Below, piece by piece: positions 30,372 through 38,630 of a stretch of DNA of 64,000 nucleotides. Position 1 is the stretch's first letter, and each line of letters starts with the position of its first letter. Where the stretch lies: positions 1,852,226 to 1,916,225 of the forward strand of contig OZ242182.1 of assembly GCA_965205835.1 (NCBI GenBank), given 5' to 3'. The notes under the pieces are model-generated. The model worked only from the letters and a program-made list of their open reading frames with translations. It searched no databases and was not told the origin of the DNA. Origin of the DNA: Nitrospinales bacterium (GTDB lineage Bacteria; Nitrospinota; Nitrospinia; Nitrospinales; VA-1). The position numbers and the translations under genes were made by a program.

Positions 30372-31661
30372 ATGGTTTTGGCTAAACACATTTCCAGTCT
30401 TCGCCAGTCTTTTGCAATATTGCTTTTGGCAACCTTGGTTTCTGCCTGTACCTCGAACCTGCAAACCAGGGTGTCCGGACATCTTAATGAGCTGTCCATG
30501 CATCAGACTGTGGCCATCCTGCCCGTTGAAGAAAGCAATACGAGACAAAAAGAAATGGCAAAAATGTTCCGGCAAGGCTTATATGCCAACCTCAAGCAAT
30601 CCAAATTCAATTTACTGGAAAAATACATTGTAGACGCTCTGCTGAAGCAGAACAACTTGAACGATCCCGCAAGCTTTCTCGCTATCAATCCAATGCGGTT
30701 TGGTGAAATCCTGGGTGCGGATGCTATTGTGTTCAGCCGAATCAACAAAGTGGAGCGCAGTTACTTTATTGTGCATTCCTCCATCGAACTCAGCGTCTCC
30801 GTGCAGATGGTGGACACGCGCACCGGAGAGATTCTCTGGCGAGCCGAACAAACGGAACATGATTTTTCCGGTATCGGGAAAATTCCAACCGGAATCTTCA
30901 CCGCCCTGCTCGCTCCCATTCAGTTTGTAACGAATAGGTTCAACCTGCGCAAGATGACCTCTAAAATGGTCGAGAAACTGACTACCCTGGTGAAGAAACC
31001 CGAAGACGCGGAAAAAGAGACCCAATTTGAAAAAACGGTGATTGCAAAAAAAGCCACCATCGGCCTGAATAAAATTGAAGGCCTCCAGCAACTCAAAGCT
31101 GAATGGAACCAGGCGCTGGTTCTGGATGATGAAGTTTTATCAGGTGAAAACCGGAAAGAAGCAATGGTTCCGATAAAAAGTTCTTCATCTTTCGTACCCG
31201 TAGGAAAAATTCAGCAAGAGGTGCCGCTGAGAGTGGCGGTTCGCAAAGTCGGTGCCATGAATGCAGAAAGGACGCAGCATCCAGCTACTCCTGAAACAAA
31301 AAAACAAAAAATCGTAACACCCATTCCCATGAGCCCGTATAAAGCAACCCCGGCGGCCACATCTCCCCGCGTCGACGACCGCCTGTCTCGCGTAAAAGCT
31401 GAATCCGGAAAAAATATTAATAAAAATCCAACACCAACGTTATACACCGTGCAGGTGGGGGCTTATAAAACCAAAGCCTATGCTCAAAGCCTTTTGAAAA
31501 AGCTGGTAAAAAAAGGCTACAAAGCTTTCGTGGTCTATAACAAGGTTTACAAAGTGAGGGTAGATAAATTTAAAAATAAACAGGATGCTCTCAAACTTGC
31601 CCAACTCATACAGAAAAACGAGAACCTGAAAAACTTTGTGACCATCATCAAAACGGGTTAA
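30372..31661 (+). CDS. Lipoprotein paralogue with a C-terminal SPOR (peptidoglycan-binding) domain
   Basis: Lipobox LVSACT, with VAILPV...GADAIVFSRI pattern. The C-terminus YTVQVGAYKTKAYAQSLLKKLVKKGYKAFV...YKVRVDKFKNKQDA is SPOR-like. Confidence 0.65.
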   Translation: MVLAKHISSLRQSFAILLLATLVSACTSNLQTRVSGHLNELSMHQTVAILPVEESNTRQKEMAKMFRQGLYANLKQSKFNLLEKYIVDALLKQNNLNDPASFLAINPMRFGEILGADAIVFSRINKVERSYFIVHSSIELSVSVQMVDTRTGEILWRAEQTEHDFSGIGKIPTGIFTALLAPIQFVTNRFNLRKMTSKMVEKLTTLVKKPEDAEKETQFEKTVIAKKATIGLNKIEGLQQLKAEWNQALVLDDEVLSGENRKEAMVPIKSSSSFVPVGKIQQEVPLRVAVRKVGAMNAERTQHPATPETKKQKIVTPIPMSPYKATPAATSPRVDDRLSRVKAESGKNINKNPTPTLYTVQVGAYKTKAYAQSLLKKLVKKGYKAFVVYNKVYKVRVDKFKNKQDALKLAQLIQKNENLKNFVTIIKTG

Positions 31662-31926
31662 ACCCATGGTCAACGAAATTTTTCCTATCAAAGATATCGT
31701 ACTGGTCAGAAATCAAATTAGACATAATAAAAAAAGAGTCATGACCCTTAAAAAATATGCCGGTGTCTACTCCGCGATACTATCTAAACAAAAAAACCTG
31801 AATCCAATTTACATGGGCGCTTTTGTCGGCACGAGATCCACCAGAAAAAGGGCTCAGGAGAGCTAATTTCAGGATCCTCTCTTAACGCAATAAATGTTAA
31901 TCCACCAGCCCCCGTTCCCAAGAGGA

Positions 31927-32078
31927 CCTTTGCATAACCCCAGATCCTTCGTCGCCTTCGGCTCCTCAAGGATGACAAACCGGCGTTTCTTGTCATTACG
32001 AACGACTGCGTTGTCACTCTGAACGACTGTGTATCATTCTGAACAACTGCGTTGTCATTCTGAACGCAGTGAAGAATC
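31927..32078 (+). repeat. Composite dispersed repeat, copy B, with four tandem ~21-nt modules at its 3' end
   Basis: The 5' part matches copies A and C. The tandem modules are gtcattacgaacgactgcgtt / gtcactctgaacgactgtgta / tcattctgaacaactgcgtt / gtcattctgaacgcagtgaag. Confidence 0.85.
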
Positions 32079-32096
32079 CCCAAGCTTATGTAAAAC

Positions 32097-32237
32097 ATGA
32101 TTACGTTCTAGTTCCCGGCTGATCGTTGATTTATGAGCAGAAAGTACTTTAACTGTCATTGTCTGGCTATGACCGGTTTTCAAGAGTATTTCAATCTGGT
32201 ATCGTTGTTCCTGGGTAAGTTGCGCGTAACCACTCAC
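32097..32237 (-). pseudogene. IS30-family transposase remnant (N-terminal HTH only)
   Basis: LTQEQRYQIEILLKTGHSQ...STISRELERN matches the IS30 HTH_38 pattern. The frame then runs straight into repeat copy B, and no catalytic domain follows. Confidence 0.6.
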
Positions 32238-32280
32238 AGGTGTCCCCTTACTTTTATCGGTAAGAAAACCACGATGTTAC

Positions 32281-33420
32281 TTACCGCTTTGATGCCACAA
32301 ATTTATCCAGCAGGTCGAAGAATTTGAGAATCTCGTCTTCACTATTATAAAAATGCGGCGAGAGGCGGACGAGACTATCGCGGACGGTGAGTTTGACCTT
32401 GTTTGCCAACATCCACTCATAAAGCTGACTGACATCCTGATTCATGACGAAGGCAATATTTCCGGAGCGTTCCTCTGGGCGGGTGGAGCTGTAAATTTTT
32501 AGTCCGCGCTGGTTGAGTTGTTCGAGAACCCTGTCCCCCAGAGTCATCACCCGTTTCTCGATATTTTCGATCCCTGTTTCCAGTAGCAGGTCCAGTGCCG
32601 CACCAAACGCGTGAATGCTCATGGTGTTGGGCGAACCTTCTTCAAAACGTTGCGCGCCCGGTCTGAAGGCAAACTCATAATTCATGAAGTCTGCGGCATT
32701 GACCATGTTTCCCCATCCCACCGTTACCGGATAAACTTTTTCCAAAGCATCCCTGGAAATATAGAATCCGCCAAGCCCCTCGACACTGAGCATCCACTTA
32801 TGCCCATCTGCAGAGAGAAAATCGATATGATCGCGTTTCACATCCATAGGCAGGAGTCCCAGGCTTTGAATGGCATCGACGCAAAACAGGATGCCCTTTT
32901 CCTTGCAGAACGCTCCAATGCGGTTGAGATCGGAGCGGAATCCACTATTGCACTCCACCGAACTTATGGAAATGAGTCTGGTCCGGGCATTCACCTGTTT
33001 GACCAGATCGTCAAACAACACCCGCCCCTCAACAGCAGCAACCATGCGGGTTTCAACGCCCAGGCGTTTCAGGTTCCACCAAGGGTAAACGTTGGCAGGA
33101 AACTCAATGTCGGGGATGAGCACATTGTCGCCCGACTTCCAACCCAGTCCATTGGCAACGATGGAAAGTCCTTCAGAGGTGTTTTTGACGAAAGCCACCT
33201 CATCCATCCCGGCGTTGATGAGCCGGGCAAAACTTTCCCGGGCTTGTTCGACGCGCGCCATCCAGGTTTCGTAATGGAGCGTGGCGTGGCGGGTGGCGTC
33301 ATCCACAAATGCGGCCACCATTTTACGCACCCGATCGGGTAAGGGAGCCACCCTGGCATGGTCGAAAAAAATCAACTCTCTTGTGACGGGAAACTCTTCT
33401 TTGATATTTTCAAAATTCAT
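32281..33420 (-). CDS. Class V aminotransferase / cysteine-desulfurase-like PLP enzyme
   Basis: Start at the internal ATG (MNFENIKEEFPV). PLP-lysine context SADGHKW, with overall CsdA/SufS-like pattern. Confidence 0.75.
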   Translation of the reverse strand: MNFENIKEEFPVTRELIFFDHARVAPLPDRVRKMVAAFVDDATRHATLHYETWMARVEQARESFARLINAGMDEVAFVKNTSEGLSIVANGLGWKSGDNVLIPDIEFPANVYPWWNLKRLGVETRMVAAVEGRVLFDDLVKQVNARTRLISISSVECNSGFRSDLNRIGAFCKEKGILFCVDAIQSLGLLPMDVKRDHIDFLSADGHKWMLSVEGLGGFYISRDALEKVYPVTVGWGNMVNAADFMNYEFAFRPGAQRFEEGSPNTMSIHAFGAALDLLLETGIENIEKRVMTLGDRVLEQLNQRGLKIYSSTRPEERSGNIAFVMNQDVSQLYEWMLANKVKLTVRDSLVRLSPHFYNSEDEILKFFDLLDKFVASKR

Positions 33421-33628
33421 TTTGGCCTTGAGCCGAGTAGAGGCTCGCCCCTCGCAGTATGGATTTAAAGCCATATTTGTGACGGATGTGGTCGATGCCC
33501 TGATACAGACCGTTCCAACATTGCTCTCCTTATACCATCAAACAAATCTTCCTGTCGATGTGCGGTCAACGAAGTGAACACGATAACGATGAGGAGCACC
33601 TGACGCAAAATTCGACGCGGGTCCGTAT

Positions 33629-34238
33629 TCATTTATCAAACTTGCGCAACAGCCCGATGACCACGCCCTGAATAGCAAAGCCACCTTCATGGACGATGAT
33701 CGGTTTCATATCCGGGTGGGCGGGTTGCAGACGCACTCGGCCTTTTTCCCGGTAAAACCGTTCTAAGGTGGTCTCGTCGTTATCGATCAATGCCACCACA
33801 GTTTTTCCGTTTTCGGCCACATCGCGCCATTCCGCGATCACATAATCTCCACCCTGAATATGACCTTCGATCATCGAATTGCCTTTGACCTTGAGGACAA
33901 AGATACCCTTATCTCCGGCATCGGGCAACAGAGCCATCACTTTACGGTGGTCCATCACCTCAATCGGCTTACCTGCCAATATGGCCCAGCACCGGGTATT
34001 CCCGCGTGGACCCTTCCACCACTTCAATGGCGCGACTCAAATTAGGTTGCTTCTTAATCAGCCCTTTCTTTTCCAAATGGATCAGGTGCTTGTGCACCGT
34101 CGCCGGAAAACTGAGCTCGATCGGGTGGACTGGCATTCTGGTTCATCCGTGCCGAGCGCTATATGCGTGCCGAAGGCATGCCTTTCCAATCAGTGCGAGA
34201 ACGTTGCCAAAAACTTGAGTCCGCGGTGCCACAACCAT
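33629..34238 (-). pseudogene. lexA: lexA-like repressor gene, disrupted (S24 peptidase domain intact; wHTH domain in another frame and containing an in-frame stop)
   Basis: Track ORF 33629..34027 encodes only AGKPIEV...VKGNSMIEGHIQGGDYV... (S24). Upstream, a different frame encodes ...PATVHKHLIHLEKKGLIKKQPNLSRAIEVVEGSTREYPVLGHI, ending at TAA at about 33969. By my reading there is also a further TGA at about 34143. Confidence 0.6.
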
Positions 34239-34290
34239 CGCAAAAGGAAGATTAATGTTAATTCAGCAAAGAACGGTGAACTTGATCGAA

Positions 34291-34307
34291 GATCAAGCAT
34301 CGTTTGT
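34291..34307. promoter_or_regulatory. Perfect palindrome CTTGATC-gaa-GATCAAG in the divergent lexA / DUF1611 intergenic region
   Basis: 7-bp arms with a 3-nt spacer, about 55 nt upstream of the lexA-like start and 10 nt upstream of ORF 34317. Confidence 0.3.
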
Positions 34308-34316
34308 TAAACAGGA

Positions 34317-35128
34317 GTGGAAAACCGAAAAGAAACACAGTCTCGGCCAAAAAAAACGGCTTTGGTTTACTGCGACAATCAATTTGGTTTGGTCGATGGA
34401 AAAACCACCGCGGCGCTAGTTAGGCACTCAGAGATATACACCATTGTTGGGGTTATTGACAGATCCTTAGCAGGTAAGGATGCTGGGGAAGAGTTAGGCG
34501 AGGGAAAGAGCGGTATTCCCATTTTCTCGAATTTAAAGCAGGCCTTGAACAAACTCCCAAAGGTTCCAGATTGTTATATTTATGGGAAGGCTCCCTTAGC
34601 TACTTATATATATGCAATAGGGAGAGGTCTCTGATTCTGGAAGCTATGAGAAAAGGGATGGACATCATCAACGGTCTGCATCAATTCTTCTCTGATGACC
34701 GAGAGTTTGCCGATACAGCCGCCCTGAACGGCATCCAAATCAAAGACATCAGAAAATCTCCTCCGTTAAAAGATTTGCACCTCTTTACGGGCCGAATATC
34801 AGAAGTAGATATTCCTGTCATCGCGGTATTGGGCACCGATTGTGCCTGCGGGAAAATGACCACCGCAGTGGAACTCAATAAAACTCTGAGCAATCTCGGC
34901 ATTAAGTCAGTACTGGTCACGACAGGTCAAACCAACCTGATGCAGGGAGCCATGTATGGCGTATCGACCGATGCTCTTATTTCCCAGTTTGTGGTCGGCG
35001 AAGTAGAAAACTCCGTTATTCAAGCCTTCGAAAACGAACATCCCGATATCATTTTAGTGGAGGGGCAGAGTGCTGTTAGTGATCCCGCTTTTATGAGTTC
35101 TCTTGGAATATTGAGAATTATAAATTAG
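34317..35128 (+). pseudogene. DUF1611-family (P-loop, DgcN-like) gene, frameshifted and C-terminally truncated
   Basis: Track ORFs 34317..34634 and 34571..35128 overlap in different frames. Contains the conserved GTDCACGKMTT...TGQT...VEGQSA block. The ORF ends about 100 aa short of typical family length. Confidence 0.6.
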
Positions 35129-35312
35129 AATTTGCAGACGGAGAAAAACATGCCAATGAAGATGCCGCAAAAAAATTAAAGGCCATATTAGCTAAAATGT
35201 AAAATGCTTTCCAAGCTATGATGACCTCTTCATTTGCTTTTATGCCCCGCAATTGAGTCCAGCGGCTATACGCTGATGTCCCTCTCGTTAGAAGGTGGTA
35301 TTCTGGAGTAGT

Positions 35313-35744
35313 ATGGCAACAAAACTGAAGCTTCTATTTTTGTGTACCGGCAACTCATGCCGAAGCCAGATGGCCGAGGGCTGGGCACGGCACTTGAAGA
35401 GTGACTCCATCCAGGCATTTTCAGCCGGGCTCGAGGCACATGGGCTCAACCCCAACGCGGTTCAAGTCATGCAAGAGGTCGGAGTGGACATCACTGGTCA
35501 GAAGTCACAAAAAGTGGAGGAAGTAGAAACCATTCCTTTCGATTTTGTGATCACGGTGTGTAGTCGCGCCGATGAGAACTGCCCCGTTTTCACCCGCACC
35601 TCCACCGTCGTGCATTTCGGGTTTGACGATCCACCCAAGCTTGCGCAAAACGCAAACACAGAAGAGGAAGCCCTCGAGCACTATCGCAGGGTGCGTGACG
35701 AGATTCGCATCTTCATCGAAACCCTGCCGAAAGTATTGTGGTAG
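35313..35744 (+). CDS. arsC: Arsenate reductase, thioredoxin-coupled LMW-PTP type
   Basis: Contains LFLCTGNSCRSQMAEG (P-loop Cys) plus a downstream Cys pair (VCSRADENCP). Start at the internal ATG. Confidence 0.75.
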   Translation: MATKLKLLFLCTGNSCRSQMAEGWARHLKSDSIQAFSAGLEAHGLNPNAVQVMQEVGVDITGQKSQKVEEVETIPFDFVITVCSRADENCPVFTRTSTVVHFGFDDPPKLAQNANTEEEALEHYRRVRDEIRIFIETLPKVLW

Positions 35745-35771
35745 CCGCCAACGTAACGCCAGACTCAATGA

Positions 35772-35809
35772 GCAATAGCTTTTTACCGCAGGCAAAGAGT
35801 TGTCTCGGC
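35772..35809 (-). repeat. 38-nt dispersed repeat, copy 3
   Basis: Reverse complement is gccgagacaactctttgcctgcggtaaaaagctattgc. Confidence 0.8.
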
Positions 35810-35889
35810 TCAATGGACTATTGCCAGTTCCCTTCCACGGGTAATGGGCGGCGAGCCGCCGGGGACAGTAGGGTAAGGGAGACTCTATT

Positions 35890-37017
35890 ATGAAGTGGTT
35901 CGCGGTGAAAACAATTTTTCTCCTGGCTCTTGCCCTATTTGTGAATTATTCCCTCAGCGATGGCACACCACGTAAAAAAACGGGACACCAAAAGATCATG
36001 ACCCCGTTCCCCCAAAACGCCACTATGCGTATTGCCATCGTCGGGGATACCGGAACCGGAGAGCGGGCCTACGCACCGGGATTCTCCGCCGTGCAAAAAG
36101 CCATGCGCGATACCAATCCGGACGCGTTACTGCATCTCGGCGATTTCGTTTACCAACCGGAACCGTTTCCCGACTCCTGCCCGGACCGATACATAGAAGA
36201 AATCAAAAAAACATTGGTCGCCCCCTACCCCCTGCGCCTTTTTGTTGCGGGCGATAACGATCTACTTGCCCATCGAAAAAAGCCGAAGGCTTCGGGTTGC
36301 TGGGATAAAATTGATCCGCTCGATTCCGGTTTTGACAAAACCGCTAAAAGTGCCGCGCGGGATTTTGAAGGCACACGGGTGGTGGGCAACGCATTGATCG
36401 GCGTCATCCATAATTATCCCTGGCAGGACCCTACCGAATGGCTGAAGCCACGCGTTAAAGAAGCGAGAGAAAAAGGGCTCTGGATCATCCTTGCCATCCA
36501 CGAGCCGGCACTCACCACCGCCTGGTATCTGGACAAACGCAACACGGTTCTCAAACAGTTGAATGCCTTAAAACCCGACCTGGTGTTCGCCGGCAACCAG
36601 CACTCGTACGAACGGTTTCATCCCATGATCTCGATAGAGGGCGGTGCATTCAAGGTGATCAAATCGGAACCCGGCAAATACCAAAGCGGGGATGGAACGA
36701 TGCACATAGTTTCAGGCGGCGGCGGGGCAACCTTCAAACCTTTTGCCGATACTCAGAATAAAAAGAAGGGCATCGCGCCAAAAGAGGTGTTCGACGCGCT
36801 GGCAAAAAGGGCATTGATGAATCATTTCGTCACGCTGGATATTTCGCGGGATGTTTTGAAAGGAACGGTCTGGCGGGTCTGCGTGAACGATGATCCCGAT
36901 GACCAACAAAACCCGCGCTGGAAATCGCGAAAGAAATTCTGGGACAACATCCCCCTGGAGTGCGACGACAAGCCTCAAGGCGTAACGGTTTATGAAGAGT
37001 TTGAAATTAATCATTAG
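35890..37017 (+). CDS. Secreted calcineurin-like metallophosphoesterase
   Basis: Signal peptide present, with motifs VGDTGTG, LHLGDFVY, GDND and GNQHSYER. Confidence 0.75.
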   Translation: MKWFAVKTIFLLALALFVNYSLSDGTPRKKTGHQKIMTPFPQNATMRIAIVGDTGTGERAYAPGFSAVQKAMRDTNPDALLHLGDFVYQPEPFPDSCPDRYIEEIKKTLVAPYPLRLFVAGDNDLLAHRKKPKASGCWDKIDPLDSGFDKTAKSAARDFEGTRVVGNALIGVIHNYPWQDPTEWLKPRVKEAREKGLWIILAIHEPALTTAWYLDKRNTVLKQLNALKPDLVFAGNQHSYERFHPMISIEGGAFKVIKSEPGKYQSGDGTMHIVSGGGGATFKPFADTQNKKKGIAPKEVFDALAKRALMNHFVTLDISRDVLKGTVWRVCVNDDPDDQQNPRWKSRKKFWDNIPLECDDKPQGVTVYEEFEINH

Positions 37018-37032
37018 GCGTGGGGCCGACTG

Positions 37033-37070
37033 GCAATATCTTTGATTGGCGAACAATAGTTTATCTCGGC
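37033..37070 (-). repeat. 38-nt dispersed repeat, copy 4
   Basis: Reverse complement is gccgagataaactattgttcgccaatcaaagatattgc. Confidence 0.7.
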
Positions 37071-37359
37071 TTGTTATATTTTTCCGTAGGGGGATGTCCT
37101 CCTCAAGAACCTTGCAAGCGACGGAGCATCTCGCCTGTCATCCGAGTTTGGTTTGCCGTGCTGAGCCTATCGAATAATCATGCCTCGAATGGGTAGAAGA
37201 ATTAGACCTCTTTATTTATTGATTTTTAGTAGAAAAATATTGAAGTTTAAGGAGTGCTATATTTATCTGAAAAAGCAATTTACTTAATGACTGCGACTCA
37301 AGTTTATAATACGATTACCTGTAAACTAGAGTTCTGAAAATGGAAACAAAGACAATTCA

Positions 37360-38625
37360 ATGATTAAAGTTAAGACAATTAAAAAAGAGCTTTTCGACTC
37401 AATTCCGATTGACCCTCTATGGAATATCGGTAAAGAAAAAGAGTTGAAAATGCATAGAATTCATTCATATCCTGCAAAGTTCCCGGCTTTTATAACAAAT
37501 AAAGCAATTGATTATGCAAGAGAAAATAAAATTAAATATAAGCGAATAGCTGACATATTTTGCGGGTGTGGGACGGTGGCATTTGAAGCAAAACGAAAAA
37601 ATATAGATTTTGTTGGTTATGATATTAATCCTGTTGCGACAATGATTGCAAAGGTAAAAAGCCGAAAATACAACAAAAATATTTTAGAAAATTATTATAA
37701 AAAAATTCAAAGTTATTATTTTAGTTTAGATAAAAGGACCAAAGCCCCTGAACTTAAAAATGAACGCTTAAAATACTGGTACAGCACAAAGCAACTAAAA
37801 CAACTTGCATTCTTGAAATGTTCTATTCAGAAAATCCTTCCTTTAAAAAGTATCTATCGTTTATTTTTTTTGTGCGCCTTTTCTAATATTTTAAAACCAA
37901 CTTCTCGCTGGCTCACGAAGTCAATAAAGCCACAAATTGACCCAGGAAAAATTCCTGCAGAGGTAATTCCGGCCTTTAGAGATCAATATCGTTTTATGTT
38001 TTCAGCTAATTCAGAAAGCGATGCCATTTGTAATTCAACGACAAAAATTAAAACTCTCAATTTTTTAGATGAAACAGAAAATCATCCAATTGTTGATACG
38101 ATCATAACAAGCCCTCCATATGTAACTTCTTATGAATATGCCGACCTTCATCAGCTTTCATCACTTTGGCTGGGTTTTGCCAGGGACTATAAGGATTTAA
38201 GAGAGGGGGCGATAGGGAGCCTTCATCACTGTTATGAATATGAAGCAGAACTTAAAAAATTAAATAAAACGGGCAAAAAAATTCATTCTGAATTATTAAA
38301 AAAAGATACTTCAAAGGCAAAATCTGTTGCTAAATATTTTTTAGATATGCAGTGTATTACTAAAAATTGCTTCAAGATGTTGTCAAGAAATGGAATGGCC
38401 CTTTTTGTTATTGGAAATACAGAATACAAAAGAGTACGTATAGATAATGTCCTCCATCTGGCCGAATCCTTAAGAGAAAGTGGCTTTAATGAGATTTTTG
38501 TTACCAAACGAAAAATCAGCAAAAAAATTTTAACACCATATAGAGATAAACGAGGTCGCTTTTCAACTGACGGGAGTGGCCGGAAAGTTTATAGCGAGGA
38601 ATTTATACTGATTGGAAGAAAATAA
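37360..38625 (+). CDS. DNA amino-methyltransferase (motif I ... long insert ... TSPPY; predicted m4C or m6A)
   Basis: 421 aa. Contains HSYPAKFP, motif I DIFCGCGTVAFEA with GYDINP, and motif IV IITSPPY about 185 aa downstream (alpha-like order). AT-rich. Confidence 0.8.
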   Translation: MIKVKTIKKELFDSIPIDPLWNIGKEKELKMHRIHSYPAKFPAFITNKAIDYARENKIKYKRIADIFCGCGTVAFEAKRKNIDFVGYDINPVATMIAKVKSRKYNKNILENYYKKIQSYYFSLDKRTKAPELKNERLKYWYSTKQLKQLAFLKCSIQKILPLKSIYRLFFLCAFSNILKPTSRWLTKSIKPQIDPGKIPAEVIPAFRDQYRFMFSANSESDAICNSTTKIKTLNFLDETENHPIVDTIITSPPYVTSYEYADLHQLSSLWLGFARDYKDLREGAIGSLHHCYEYEAELKKLNKTGKKIHSELLKKDTSKAKSVAKYFLDMQCITKNCFKMLSRNGMALFVIGNTEYKRVRIDNVLHLAESLRESGFNEIFVTKRKISKKILTPYRDKRGRFSTDGSGRKVYSEEFILIGRK

Positions 38626-38630
38626 TTGCT

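Noticed and set aside
31991-32078. Tandem ~21-nt repeats considered as a possible mini CRISPR array (also 62181-62221).
   Set aside because: The units are directly adjacent with no spacers and are shorter than CRISPR repeats. No cas genes are present, and the units are the tail of a dispersed repeat family found in three places.
25166-37070. 38-nt repeats bracketing cassettes considered as integron attC sites.
   Set aside because: No intI integrase or attI is present in the window. The element ends (GCCGAGA / GCTATTGC) do not match the RYYYAAC / GTTRRRY core sites, and the element is shorter than typical attC. It is kept as an open observation, not called an integron.
37200-37359. A sigma-70 promoter for the methyltransferase/Z1 operon (TATAAT at about 37305-37310).
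   Set aside because: A good -10 hexamer exists, but the best -35-like hexamers (TTTACT/TTACTT) are 19-20 nt away. In such AT-rich DNA, -10-like hexamers occur by chance, so the support is not strong enough to call.
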